64,000 bases of DNA from an uncultured Eubacteriales bacterium (GTDB lineage: Bacteria > Acidobacteriota > Aminicenantia > Aminicenantales > Aminicenantaceae), in assembly GCA_964348015.1 (NCBI GenBank), contig CAYGBC010000050.1, forward strand, positions 261,001 to 325,000, in the 5' to 3' direction. Shown here one piece after another: positions 9,176 to 19,265 of the stretch; the stretch's first letter is position 1; every line of letters starts with the position of its first letter. A model generated the notes under the pieces. It ran no database searches. It worked only from the letters and a program-made list of their open reading frames with translations, and was not told where the DNA came from. A program made the translations under genes and the position numbers.

Positions 9176-10120
9176 TTAAGGATAATACAGATGCTGAATC
9201 CAAGTCCACTCTTCCTTAAGTCCCTCCTGAAGCTGAATCCGGGGCGAATAATCCAGATCTCTCTGGGCTTTCTCAATCTGGGCAAAGGTATGGAGAACAT
9301 CTCCTTTCTGCTTGTTTCGATGCCTCACCTTGATCTTTTTTCCGCAGATCTCTTCAATGACGGGGAAGATGTCATTCAGTTTATTGCGGTTTCCGCCTCC
9401 AATATTGTAGATCTCTCCTGCGCGCCCTTTCTCTAAAGATCCCAGGTTAGCGTCTATGATGTCATCAATATAAGTGAAGTCACGGGTTTGATTCCCGTCA
9501 CCAAAGATCGAGATCTCCTTGTTTTCAGCAATGGATTTAAAGAATTTGTGAAAGGCCATATCCGGACGTTGCCCCGGTCCGTACACGGTGAAAAACCGAA
9601 GAGAAACGGCCGGAATCCCGTAATTTTTATGATAGAGCATGCAGAGATGCTCGCCGGCGAGTTTGGTCACTCCATAAGGGGAGAAAGGGAAAAGAGGGCT
9701 CGTTTCTGACATCGGAAGCTCTGGGCAGGATCCGTAAACAGATGAAGAGGAGGCATAGATGAATTTTTTTATGCGTGAATCTCGGGAAGCCTCCAGTAAT
9801 TTTTGCGTGGCTTCGATATTGTTCCTGGAATACACAGAAAAATTTTCCCCCCAGCTCGCCCGAACTCCGGCTTGAGCGGCATGATGGAAAACACACTCTA
9901 TACCTGCCAACGTATTCTTCAACTCCAGTTCATTCAGGTCCTTTTCTAGGAATTTAAATTTCTTTTCTTTTTTCAGAGGTTCGAAATTTTTTTCCTTCAT
10001 CCACCTGGGGTAATAATCGGTGAACGAATCAATGCCCACGACATCATGTCCGTTTCTGAGCAGCTTCTGGCACAGGTGAGAACCGATGAATCCTGCGGCT
10101 CCGGTAACGAGGCAGTTCAT
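9176..10120 (-). CDS. NAD-dependent epimerase/dehydratase (UDP-glucuronate 4-epimerase-like)
   Basis: VTGAAGFIGSHL, HHAAQAGVRASW, ASSSSVYG, catalytic YGVTK and FTVYGPGQRPDMAF. Confidence 0.92.
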   Translation of the reverse strand: MNCLVTGAAGFIGSHLCQKLLRNGHDVVGIDSFTDYYPRWMKEKNFEPLKKEKKFKFLEKDLNELELKNTLAGIECVFHHAAQAGVRASWGENFSVYSRNNIEATQKLLEASRDSRIKKFIYASSSSVYGSCPELPMSETSPLFPFSPYGVTKLAGEHLCMLYHKNYGIPAVSLRFFTVYGPGQRPDMAFHKFFKSIAENKEISIFGDGNQTRDFTYIDDIIDANLGSLEKGRAGEIYNIGGGNRNKLNDIFPVIEEICGKKIKVRHRNKQKGDVLHTFAQIEKAQRDLDYSPRIQLQEGLKEEWTWIQHLYYP

Positions 10121-10785
10121 GGCACTCCGGTTTCTTCTGCGAGCTTCTTCATTTTTGTGATGGCTTCCCCCGGATTTTTTTCGCCAAAAACTGCAGAGCC
10201 AGCGACCAAAATATCAGCGCCATCCTTGATGAGCTCTTCCATGTTGGTCAGAGAAACTCCTCCGTCGATCTGAATAAGGATTTCACGCTTTTGCTCGCGT
10301 ATCCAGTCTCTGAGTTGAGAAATCTTGGAGTGGCAGGATGGGATGAATTCCTGGCCTCCCCAACCCGGATTTACAGTCATCAGAAGAACAAAATCAAGTG
10401 CTTCGAGAATTTCATTCATCAGAGAGAGGGGAGTGGCGGGATTCAATGCCAGCCCCGCTTTTTTATCGTGTTCTTTGATCAGAGTGATGTCTTTGTGGAG
10501 ATGAACAGAAGCTTCGGCATGAATAGAGATCCAATCGGCCCCGGCTTTTGCAAAGAGCGGGATGAACATGCGGGGATTGTCAACCATCAAGTGAACATCA
10601 AGGGGTAACGAGGTTTTTTCCCTGAGCGAGGCGACCAGCTGAGGTCCAAACGTGAGGTTGGGGACGAAGTGCCCATCCATCACATCTACATGGATCACAT
10701 CCGCACCGGAATCTTCGGCAATCTTCACTGCATCTGAGATCATTGAAAAATCCGCCGAAAGAATGGACGGGGCAATTTGAATCAT
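10117..10785 (-). CDS. rpe: Ribulose-phosphate 3-epimerase
   Basis: IAPSILSADF, HVDVMDGHFVPNLTFG, DVHLMV, MTVNPGWGGQ, DGG and VAGSAVF. Confidence 0.97.
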   Translation of the reverse strand: MIQIAPSILSADFSMISDAVKIAEDSGADVIHVDVMDGHFVPNLTFGPQLVASLREKTSLPLDVHLMVDNPRMFIPLFAKAGADWISIHAEASVHLHKDITLIKEHDKKAGLALNPATPLSLMNEILEALDFVLLMTVNPGWGGQEFIPSCHSKISQLRDWIREQKREILIQIDGGVSLTNMEELIKDGADILVAGSAVFGEKNPGEAITKMKKLAEETGVP

Positions 10786-11501
10786 TATTTGCTGACCTCT
10801 AAGGTAATCGGGTAGTTTTTCTGGATCATATAGCCATGTCGAGGATGCTGTTTGATGATGATTCCGGAGCTGAGTCCAGGATAATATGTGTTGCGGACGT
10901 CTTCGACCTTGAAATTCAATTCCTCAAGCCAGGGAATGACGTCTTCGGATTTTTTTCCGATCAAGTCAGGCATGAGGTACTTTTCTTCCCATTCTCCTTC
11001 ACTGACTAAAAGGCTCACAGGCGTTCCTCTTCCGACCTCCGTCTGAGGAGGAGGATACTGGCCCATGATTCTTCCAGCAGCATATTTGGGATTATGGACA
11101 TGAGAGATTTTTCCGCGGACAATCCCTGCATCCCTGAGAAGCGGTCCGATATTCTGAAAATTCTCACCTCTCACTTGAGGGATCATGACTTTTTCTTTCC
11201 CTGCACTCATTATGACTTTCACGACACTGTTGATCTTGATTTTGGATCCCTCGGAGGGGTCATGAAAGATGATCCGGCCGCGCTCATAACGGGTATCGAA
11301 CTGAACTCCCTGTTGCAAAATACCCAAACGTCTTCTGGCAAGAGCGTTTTTGGCTTCATCGAAAGTTTTCCCGATGAGATTCGGGATGGTGACCATTTCT
11401 CCTTTAAACACAGCCCTGTAAGTGAGAATGGCGCTCGAGAAAAAGATGATGAGAAAGATGAGGGAATAGAGAAGGAAGTGGTAAGTTTTGGTCGATATCA
11501 T
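10785..11501 (-). CDS. Membrane-anchored PASTA-repeat protein (3 PASTA domains, no kinase)
   Basis: N-terminal TM helix followed by three units starting IPNLIGK, IPQVRG and MPDLIGK, each ending in V.L.VS. Lies immediately upstream of rpe. Confidence 0.88.
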   Translation of the reverse strand: MISTKTYHFLLYSLIFLIIFFSSAILTYRAVFKGEMVTIPNLIGKTFDEAKNALARRRLGILQQGVQFDTRYERGRIIFHDPSEGSKIKINSVVKVIMSAGKEKVMIPQVRGENFQNIGPLLRDAGIVRGKISHVHNPKYAAGRIMGQYPPPQTEVGRGTPVSLLVSEGEWEEKYLMPDLIGKKSEDVIPWLEELNFKVEDVRNTYYPGLSSGIIIKQHPRHGYMIQKNYPITLEVSK

Positions 11502-11713
11502 GATTCGAATGCAAATTTAAAATAAGAATTATCTATACCATAGATTTATAACCAAGTAAACGGTGAAAAAGTTTCCGCACGCTCAGGGGCCAGAGTCTTC
11601 ATTTTGTGAAGTGAGGCCTTGTCAAAATCGATACTGTGTGATCCGAGTGGGGAACCGAATCTTAAAGTTCTGTAGCTTTTTTAAAACTTTGGACCCTCCG
11701 CCTCAAAAAAGAT

Positions 11714-11742
11714 TTGCTGCGGGAATGTTTATTTTCTATAAT
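11714..11742 (+). promoter_or_regulatory. Putative sigma-70 promoter for ltaE
   Basis: TTGCTG-N17-TATAAT, 28 bp before ATG 11770, with an AAGGAG RBS. Confidence 0.55.
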
Positions 11743-11769
11743 GAGCCCTCGGTAAAAGGAGAACACGCC

Positions 11770-12804
11770 ATGCATGAATTTTCCGATTTTAGGAGCGACA
11801 CCGTGACCCGGCCCACTGAAAACATGAGGAAGGCCATGGCTGAGGCCGTCGTGGGAGACGATGTGCTGGGGGATGATCCCACCGTTCAAAAGCTGGAGGC
11901 TCTGGCTGCGGATATAATGGGCAAAGAAGCGGCTTTGTACGTCCCTTCAGGGACCATGGGGAATTCTATATCTGTAAAAGTCTGGACGAGAGAACTGGAG
12001 GAGGTGATAATTGAAGGGCGATCGCACATCTACAACATGGAATCTACTCATATGACATTTATATCGAGAATCACGCCGCGACCTCTCCAGTCCGACCGCG
12101 GAACCATGGATCCCGAAGAAATAGAAAGTAATATACGGAAGCCTTCTGTCCATATCCCTCGGACATCCCTGATCTGTGTTGAAAACACGCACAACAACTG
12201 GAGCGGGGCTGTTGTGCCCATGGAAAACTTAAGAGCCATCCGGAAGATCGCTGACCGGCATGATGTCAAGATTCACTTTGACGGAGCCCGTGTATTCAAT
12301 GCGAGCGCAGCGACTGGAATACCGGTCAAGGAGTATGCGGAGATCGGCGACTCATTGATGTTTTGCCTCTCCAAGGGACTCTCTGCTCCCGTCGGCTCTT
12401 TGATCGTCGGACCTCAGAAATTTATAGAATATGCCCGCCGGGTGAGGAAAGCACTTGGCGGAGGCTTGAGACAGGTGGGAGTTCTCGCAGCTCCGGGAAT
12501 CGTCGCGCTGACAGAGATGACAGACAGGCTCAAAGAGGACCATGAGAGAGCCAAAAAATTGGCTGAATCCATTGCTGAACTTCCGGGAATCTCACTCGAC
12601 CCGGAGACAATCCAAACAAATATCATCATATTCAATCTCGAACATCCCAAGGTCTCTGTGCCTGAATTTTTGGAAGAAATGAAAGACCGGAAGGTGTTGG
12701 CTCTGGCAACAACAGGAGGGATCCGTTTCGTGGTTCACAAGGATATCGATGATGAAGATGTGGAGAGAGCGATATCCGCTTTTCGCGAACTTCTCGAAGG
12801 TTAA
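11770..12804 (+). CDS. ltaE: Low-specificity L-threonine aldolase
   Basis: DFRSDTVTRPT, GDDVLGDDPTV, PSGTMGN, ENTHN, HFDGARVFNA, PLP-lysine motif CLSKGLSAPVGS, and RKALGGGLRQ. Start moved from 11563 to ATG 11770. Confidence 0.93.
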   Translation: MHEFSDFRSDTVTRPTENMRKAMAEAVVGDDVLGDDPTVQKLEALAADIMGKEAALYVPSGTMGNSISVKVWTRELEEVIIEGRSHIYNMESTHMTFISRITPRPLQSDRGTMDPEEIESNIRKPSVHIPRTSLICVENTHNNWSGAVVPMENLRAIRKIADRHDVKIHFDGARVFNASAATGIPVKEYAEIGDSLMFCLSKGLSAPVGSLIVGPQKFIEYARRVRKALGGGLRQVGVLAAPGIVALTEMTDRLKEDHERAKKLAESIAELPGISLDPETIQTNIIIFNLEHPKVSVPEFLEEMKDRKVLALATTGGIRFVVHKDIDDEDVERAISAFRELLEG

Positions 12805-12969
12805 ACGAATACAGACATAAGACTTCCGGTTTGGCCGTTATCCGGTAAAAGGGAAAATCAAGAATCTTGATTAATCCGTCGCAATTTTTCAACTCCTCTG
12901 CATAACGCAGGACTGAATAAAGAGAAAAAATTCTGTTTCTGGGAAAAGAATTCTGTCGATTCAGTTCGG

Positions 12970-14976
12970 TCAGGTTGACGGTCCGGAGGGGACGGATATC
13001 TTCTTTTTTTCGCCAAAGAGAGCCTGCTCTACGATCTCCGCAATATCCCAAATTTTCAGACTTTCTTCCATCTCCTTGTCCTTTATCGCATCATCAAACA
13101 TGGTGACACAGAAGGGGCAGGCCGTGGCGATCCACTCTGGATTTGTGGTCAAGGCCTCTTCCAGACGGAGGAGGTTGATTCTTTTTCCGATTTTCTCATC
13201 CATCCACATCCAGCCTCCCCCGGCTCCACAGCACAGGGAGTCGACCCGGGCATGTTCCATTTCCCGGATGTCCAGAGTGGGAATGGACTCTAAGATTTCT
13301 CTTGGAGGCTCGTAGATACCGCTGTACCGTCCGAGGTAACAGGGATCATGATAAGTCAGTCTTTTCTCCAGAGGATGATCGAATTTGAGGCGTCCGCTCC
13401 GAAAGGATTCCTTCAGAAAAGTCGCATGGTGCATCACATCACAACCGAAACCGAGCTGCGGGTATTCGACCTTGAGTGTATTGTAGCAATGGGGGCAAGT
13501 GGTCAGGATGCGATTGACCTTATAACGCTGCAACGTTTCGATATTGGTCTGGGCAAGGATCTGGTACAGGTATTCGTTGCCCACGCGCCTGGCCGGATCT
13601 CCGCAGCATCCTTCTTCCATCCCCAGAATAGCAAACTTGACGCCAAGATGGTGGAGAATTCGCGTCATCGACTCTGTCACTTTCCTGTTGCGGTCATCGT
13701 AGGACCGGATGCACCCCACGAAAAACAAGAAATCGATTTTTTCTCCGGGAATATCTGAAAGAATAGGGACATCCAACTCCTTCATCCAGTCGGCTCGGTT
13801 GTCACGCCCCATACCCCAGGGATTCGAGTTGTTTTCCAAACCTTTAAAGGCAGCGGTCAGCTCTTCGGGAAACCGGCTCTCCATCAGTACCTGATACCGC
13901 CGCATGTCCACAATCTTATCCACATGTTCGATGTAGACGGGGCAGTGCTCCATACAGGAGCGGCAGGTTGTGCATGTCCAGAGCTCGTCTTCCTGGATCA
14001 CGCTCCCCACAAGAGGAGGAGCGTCTTCCAGATCGTTTCCTCTGGCGCGGGCTTTGATGAGATGAGGTGCTCTCGAAGACATGTGGTCTTTTAAGTCATT
14101 GATGACTTTTTTGGGAGAGAGAGGCTTTTCTGTCAGATGGGCCGGACAGTGGTCCTGACATCGTCCGCACCGTGTGCAGGCATCAAGGTCCATCAGTTGC
14201 TTCCAGTTGAACTCCTCAATCTTGGACACGCCGAAGCTCTCTGCCTCCTCATCCTCCAGGTCTAACAGGTTCAGGGAGCCCTTCGGGTCCAGGGAGCGAA
14301 GGAGCATGTTCATCGGGGAACTGACGATATGGAAAAGTTTAGAGAAGGGGAGAATGGCGATGAAAACCAGGACGAGGATAAAGTGAATCCTGAAGACGAT
14401 CATGGCCATGAGGCCCTTGGCACTTGTGCTCAGGCCGACAAGGTCGAGCAGGGCGGCAAGGGCCTGACCTGCCGGCGCCCATGCATGCGCGTCCTTTCCG
14501 ATTACGGAAAGCCTCAGGCCTTCCAGGAAGATTCCGGTCAGAAGAATGAGCAAGATCAAAACAAGTGCACCTAAATCATCCAGGCGGTTATCCAGGCGTG
14601 GAGGGCGGGACACATAGCGCCTGATCATGGCCAGTCCCACACCCGCGATCGCAACGAGCGCTATCAAATCGAGGACAAAGGACAAAGGCCGGGCGATCCG
14701 GTGAGGCAGAACGAACATGAACTGCGTGATCACGATGACTGTGAGAGGCATCAATACGCCCACGAACAGGAACAGGTGGATGAGCCCAGGGAAAAAATCC
14801 TCCAGGATCCTTTTGTGAGCAATTCCCTCCACCAAGAAAGATTTTATCCGGGGTCCGGCAGGGCCGGAAGGTTCATATTCTTGTCCCACACGCCATAGGC
14901 GGAATCTTCGGCGGATTCCCCAAATGAAAACAATGAGTGCCAAAAGGATGAGGAAGATATCAAAAGCCTTGATCAT
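12970..14976 (-). CDS. Membrane-bound heterodisulfide-reductase-like protein (NarI heme-b domain + 2x[4Fe-4S] + 2 CCG domains)
   Basis: N-terminal TM helices with candidate His heme ligands, CTRCGRCQDHCP and CTTCRSCMEHCP, CCG domains EGCCG..CPHC and HDPCY..LCCGAGGG..ACPFC. Confidence 0.9.
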   Translation of the reverse strand: MIKAFDIFLILLALIVFIWGIRRRFRLWRVGQEYEPSGPAGPRIKSFLVEGIAHKRILEDFFPGLIHLFLFVGVLMPLTVIVITQFMFVLPHRIARPLSFVLDLIALVAIAGVGLAMIRRYVSRPPRLDNRLDDLGALVLILLILLTGIFLEGLRLSVIGKDAHAWAPAGQALAALLDLVGLSTSAKGLMAMIVFRIHFILVLVFIAILPFSKLFHIVSSPMNMLLRSLDPKGSLNLLDLEDEEAESFGVSKIEEFNWKQLMDLDACTRCGRCQDHCPAHLTEKPLSPKKVINDLKDHMSSRAPHLIKARARGNDLEDAPPLVGSVIQEDELWTCTTCRSCMEHCPVYIEHVDKIVDMRRYQVLMESRFPEELTAAFKGLENNSNPWGMGRDNRADWMKELDVPILSDIPGEKIDFLFFVGCIRSYDDRNRKVTESMTRILHHLGVKFAILGMEEGCCGDPARRVGNEYLYQILAQTNIETLQRYKVNRILTTCPHCYNTLKVEYPQLGFGCDVMHHATFLKESFRSGRLKFDHPLEKRLTYHDPCYLGRYSGIYEPPREILESIPTLDIREMEHARVDSLCCGAGGGWMWMDEKIGKRINLLRLEEALTTNPEWIATACPFCVTMFDDAIKDKEMEESLKIWDIAEIVEQALFGEKKKISVPSGPST

Positions 14977-15044
14977 TCTCTCTTATCCCTGCCCGTGCTT
15001 ATTCATAATCATTCATCTGCTCTCAAGTCTCTGAACAGGCCTGA

Positions 15045-15067
15045 CTGAACTTTTCAGGAAAGTTCAG
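15045..15067 (-). terminator. Intergenic stem-loop (terminator or mRNA-stabilising hairpin)
   Basis: CTGAACTTT-tcagg-AAAGTTCAG 9-bp stem, extendable by flanking GCCT/AGGC, between the hexaheme cytochrome and the Hdr-like gene. Confidence 0.45.
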
Positions 15068-15076
15068 AAGGCTTCC

Positions 15077-15667
15077 TTAAAAACTCTTTCCTGGGGCCAG
15101 CATGACCTCATGGCAGTTCAAACACTTCTGGTTTTTTGGCGGCCCCTCGAATTCTCGGATGTGGCACTCTATGCATTCCATGACTGTGGGGCGGTTTGTT
15201 CCTCCCGTCATGTATTCATGCCCTGCAGTCCGGTGACAATCCACACATTCCAGGCCTTCTTCACGGTGATATCGGTGATTGAAACGGATCACTCTTTTTT
15301 TAACTGCGTAACCGAGCTCAAGAATAATTTCATGACATTCCAGGCATCTTTGAGAGGTGAGGTCATCGTCAGCCAGATATTCCGGAGGGGCAAGAGTATC
15401 GCGGTAGTGCCGGAACACATCCCATCCTTCAGGAGATAGTGAGGGCTCATCGGAATGACATTGATAGCATCTGGTCTGGTCTGCAGGATGCCCGTTAGAT
15501 TTCTTCCACAAGTCAAAAAGTTCGGGATGACACTGTTGACAGACACGTTCACTGGTGGCGGAGTACCGCACCAAGTAGGCCGTGATCGATCCGGCTCCAA
15601 TCAGCAGAAGAAGCAGAACGAGAGCGAATAATATTCGGAATCTTGTCCTGAATCTCCGAGAACTCAT
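15077..15667 (-). CDS. Membrane-anchored hexaheme c-type cytochrome
   Basis: N-terminal TM helix and six CxxCH motifs: CQQCH, CYQCH, CLECH, CVDCH, CIECH, CLNCH. Confidence 0.92.
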   Translation of the reverse strand: MSSRRFRTRFRILFALVLLLLLIGAGSITAYLVRYSATSERVCQQCHPELFDLWKKSNGHPADQTRCYQCHSDEPSLSPEGWDVFRHYRDTLAPPEYLADDDLTSQRCLECHEIILELGYAVKKRVIRFNHRYHREEGLECVDCHRTAGHEYMTGGTNRPTVMECIECHIREFEGPPKNQKCLNCHEVMLAPGKSF

Positions 15668-15668
15668 C

Positions 15669-16946
15669 TTAATGATTCACTTCAATCTGCAGTAAATAAA
15701 TTTCAGGCATCTCTTTGCCTAAAGGTGGGCCGACGAGAAGAGCTCTGTCTCCGGTGAAGCTCATGATCCGGGCTCCCCAAAAAGCCGGGATCTGCGGAAA
15801 ATCCATAGGGATAAGCCCTTTGATGTATCCCGGAGTGTCCTGGTCAAAAGCCACCTTTTCTCTTCCAGTTTGGAGGTCTAGCATCATTCCCGTATAGATG
15901 TGTTTATACAGAAGAATGCGCCCATTTCCGGATAGGTCGAAAAACTCAATCCTGGGAGCGACTTCGGATTTAAGATGCTTCAATCCAGATCCGTCAGTGT
16001 TCATCACGTATGTTCCCATGCCGTCAATTTTTTTCCCGCTGTAAGAGAAGACCAGTATTTTCCCGTCGTGACTGATGTCTGCCAAGCTGAACCAGCGGTC
16101 GTGGAAGTCGGTTATCCTCTTCATTCCTTTTCCACCCCAGCCCACAGAGTAGAGGTCGAAGTCGGTTTTTGCATCTGATGATTGAGCCCCGAATATGAGT
16201 TTTTCTCCATTCCCGCTCAGGCAGAAAACCCATCCGCCTCCCAGGAGCGGACGTCGAGGAAAGGAAGACCATTCCCATTCTGTGCCGTTGAAATCCGGGC
16301 TGAGGATGGTTTGCTGTTTTCCGTCTTTGGCGTCCAAGAGTATGATTCCACTCGCGCTTCCGTATCTTCTCGGGCCCAGATGGCCCTTAAGAAGACAAGC
16401 GATTCGCTGCCCTTCTCTGTCTATCGCATAGTTTGAGATCCGCTCCCAATCCTGGCTTTTAAACTCCAGCGATTTGATGTTCTTTTGGTTTAATGACTCT
16501 ATGGGAAAAGAAAAGATCCTCAGATCATTACTATCTGTGTTGATGATTCCCAGGTAGTGGTCGGTCATATTTTCAGGCTCCCCCAGAGTCAGCGGGAAGA
16601 CTGCCACTTGTCCGTTTCCGCTAATCAAGGGCGGTTTGGAGCCGACTAAAAGCGGGATGTTTTCGTAAGGGGCAGGGGCCATTTTGGTTCCGCTTCGGAA
16701 GAGCTCTTGCTGCTGGCCGGTGTCAAGATTCATGAGCATCACGGCTTTGGTGGGTATGTCGGCCTCCTTGATCTCGAGTACATACAACATCCATCGTCCG
16801 TCATCACTCAAACAGGGGAATCCAGCCTTGTTATTTCCAGAATAGGTCAGTCTTTGTATTCCAGTGCCGTTGGTTGATGGAAAGACAGATGCGGTCATAC
16901 AGAGGAAGAGAAAGGCCGCGGCAATCGGAGTGTATTTTTTTATCAT
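15669..16946 (-). CDS. Exported TolB/PD40-like beta-propeller protein
   Basis: Signal peptide MIKKYTPIAAAFLFLCMTASVFP and repeated LSDDGRW / ISGNGQV / LSGNGEK / ISHDGKI / LSGNGRI blades. ATG 16946 overlaps the upstream stop codon (ATGA). Confidence 0.8.
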   Translation of the reverse strand: MIKKYTPIAAAFLFLCMTASVFPSTNGTGIQRLTYSGNNKAGFPCLSDDGRWMLYVLEIKEADIPTKAVMLMNLDTGQQQELFRSGTKMAPAPYENIPLLVGSKPPLISGNGQVAVFPLTLGEPENMTDHYLGIINTDSNDLRIFSFPIESLNQKNIKSLEFKSQDWERISNYAIDREGQRIACLLKGHLGPRRYGSASGIILLDAKDGKQQTILSPDFNGTEWEWSSFPRRPLLGGGWVFCLSGNGEKLIFGAQSSDAKTDFDLYSVGWGGKGMKRITDFHDRWFSLADISHDGKILVFSYSGKKIDGMGTYVMNTDGSGLKHLKSEVAPRIEFFDLSGNGRILLYKHIYTGMMLDLQTGREKVAFDQDTPGYIKGLIPMDFPQIPAFWGARIMSFTGDRALLVGPPLGKEMPEIYLLQIEVNH

Positions 16947-19252
16947 TCTCCTTGACCTCCGGGTAACTTCTCGATCTGAACCACTGTATCTTTTAAGCCC
17001 AGACCTCCGCCAACAGGATCCTGTTTTGATAGGATTATCTCCATCGGATTCACGCCGTTTTCTTTTGAACTCCACCAGATCAGAGAGGTGTCTCTATCTT
17101 TGCTTTTGAATCGTTGGCCTCTGGCCACGCTTCCCACTGCAGTATGGCCCAGACCTTCAGCAAGAGCGACGGAATCCGGATGGATCCGGTTGGTGGTGAG
17201 AACCTTTATTCTCAAAGAGCCCACGGGTGAAGTCACGCGCACTCGTTCATTATTCTTGATCCCCAACTGATTGGCGACTTTTGCGTTGATCCACAGGCGA
17301 TTTTCATGGAGTATCTCCCGGGCCCACTTGCTGTTGGCTGTCCCGTTTCCCTCGAGATTAGATGTGAACGTGGTCAGGACGAACTCGTTCTTCTCTGTAT
17401 GTGTGTGCGATTTGATCGGTCGGTAATCGAGAGGTGGAGAAATCTTCTCCCCTCGAAAAGTTGAACGTATCCTGACGAGGAGAGTTTTTGAGTCATCCTT
17501 TCTCTCGGATGTGGGTTCTATCCAGAATCCTTTATTTCTCAGGCTTTCCAGCCCTTCCGGGGTTCTCGACTCTAAGAGGGAAGACACTTGCTGGCTGACA
17601 TAGTCAGATGTGTTCTTGAAAGGAAGTTTTTGGGATGGGCGTCCACCGATCCGGCGAGCGAGCTCCAGGGACATGTTCCCGATTTCAACGGATTCACCCA
17701 TGGGTTGAAAGGACGGTTCGAGCAGCTTTCCCGCATCAAACGCGGGGGACCGCAGTGCCTTGGCTGCGCTCACCAGAGAGACCACCGGCTGTTGGAGATT
17801 CAGGATAAATTGTCCATCCAGGGGAGGCGCACTGCTTAAACCCCAAGCCTCGAGAAACGTGGCAGCGGGGAGGATTAAATCTGCCAGATTGGCAGTCTCA
17901 GTCATATGAGTATCCATGACCACCAGGAAGGGAACGGTATTTTCATTTCCAAGGAAGCGACTGGTCGATTGACAGTCCGGTTCAGAGTAAGCGGGATTTG
18001 CCAGATAGGCAAAGTACAAGTCGATCGGGATGTTGGCTTCCTCGAGTTCCGCGATTCCACTGATCGTTTTTCCCAAGTTCGGCGGGATGTGAGTCGGCTG
18101 TTCTTGGATTGTGTTTTGAGCGACAAAACGGCGAGGCAAGAAAAGGCCTCCTTCTTCTTGAAGGTTTCCCACAAGCCAGTTCAAGAGAGAGACACATCGT
18201 GCATTCTGAGTACCGTTCTCATGGTCTGTGAGACCCCCTCCATAAATTGCCACAGATGGTTTACGCGTCGCGAACTCCACAGCCAACTGCACGATATCCG
18301 AACCTTTGACTCCGCTTTCTCTTTCGGCCGATTCAAGGGAATAGGGAGCGAGAAGGCGCTTGAGGTCCATGAGAGTGAAGTCTGTCCTTGTATCTATAAA
18401 ATCCGAGTCTGCCAATCCTTTGTTAATGATCACTCTCGCCATGGCCAGAGCGACGATACCGTCCGTTCCAGCCTTGAGGGGAAACCAGGCATCGCTTTTT
18501 GCGGCTGTTTCGGACATCCTCACGTCGAATGTCACAAGCTTTGCGCCTTTCTCGATTCGGGCAAGGATCAGTCTTCGGGCAAAACCGATAAAAGAGTCAT
18601 GGTTGGCAAACGGATTGGCTCCAAAATTAAATACCGTGCGACTCTTTGCGATATCTTCAGTCAAAGTCGGAACATCAACCATTGATAGGGAAGCCGCATG
18701 GCGGTTCAGATTCTTCAATGTGTTCCTGTCGATGACGCGGGGAGTGTTGAGAGTTGAAAGAAACCGGTCGAACAGAGAGTCGTCCTGTCCTGTGTCGATC
18801 ACGAATTCAGAGATCCTCTCTTCCTCCAGCATCTTTCGGATGCGGAGGCTGAGCATGGAATAGACTTCGTCCCATGTTATTCGTGTCCAGAGGCCGCTTC
18901 CGCGCGCTCCCGCTCTCTTGAGAGGATACAGAAGGCGTTCGGGATCATTCACCAGATTGATCCCCGCAATCCCTTTGGCACAAATTCCACCGCGGTTGTT
19001 GGGATGGTCCGGATTCCCAAGAATTTGGACCAATCTTTCTCCATCGAGATAGGCGATTATCCCACATCCCGCCGGGCACTGTTGGCATGTCGTGGGGATG
19101 GCATGGAGAGCTTTGAGCGATGTCCTGGAAACGGCATTAATTTTTTTATCTGTGGTCGTCATACCGCTTGATCCGAGGCTCGCCGCGGTTCCCGCGATCC
19201 AGGTCAATCCAGTTTTCATGAATCTTCGTCTGGAGATTCTTTGTATTTTCAT
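16943..19252 (-). CDS. Tat-exported molybdopterin-oxidoreductase-fold subunit (PsrA/TtrA-like), canonical Mo ligand apparently absent
   Basis: Twin-arginine signal SRRRFMK, [4Fe-4S] motif CQQCPAGC..CAKG, GANP, KLVTFDVRMSETAAKSDAW.PLKAGTDG, and the C-terminal WINAKVANQLGI..VRVTSPVG domain. Start placed at ATG 19252. Confidence 0.88.
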   Translation of the reverse strand: MKIQRISRRRFMKTGLTWIAGTAASLGSSGMTTTDKKINAVSRTSLKALHAIPTTCQQCPAGCGIIAYLDGERLVQILGNPDHPNNRGGICAKGIAGINLVNDPERLLYPLKRAGARGSGLWTRITWDEVYSMLSLRIRKMLEEERISEFVIDTGQDDSLFDRFLSTLNTPRVIDRNTLKNLNRHAASLSMVDVPTLTEDIAKSRTVFNFGANPFANHDSFIGFARRLILARIEKGAKLVTFDVRMSETAAKSDAWFPLKAGTDGIVALAMARVIINKGLADSDFIDTRTDFTLMDLKRLLAPYSLESAERESGVKGSDIVQLAVEFATRKPSVAIYGGGLTDHENGTQNARCVSLLNWLVGNLQEEGGLFLPRRFVAQNTIQEQPTHIPPNLGKTISGIAELEEANIPIDLYFAYLANPAYSEPDCQSTSRFLGNENTVPFLVVMDTHMTETANLADLILPAATFLEAWGLSSAPPLDGQFILNLQQPVVSLVSAAKALRSPAFDAGKLLEPSFQPMGESVEIGNMSLELARRIGGRPSQKLPFKNTSDYVSQQVSSLLESRTPEGLESLRNKGFWIEPTSERKDDSKTLLVRIRSTFRGEKISPPLDYRPIKSHTHTEKNEFVLTTFTSNLEGNGTANSKWAREILHENRLWINAKVANQLGIKNNERVRVTSPVGSLRIKVLTTNRIHPDSVALAEGLGHTAVGSVARGQRFKSKDRDTSLIWWSSKENGVNPMEIILSKQDPVGGGLGLKDTVVQIEKLPGGQGE

Positions 19253-19265
19253 CCAGTCATACCTT

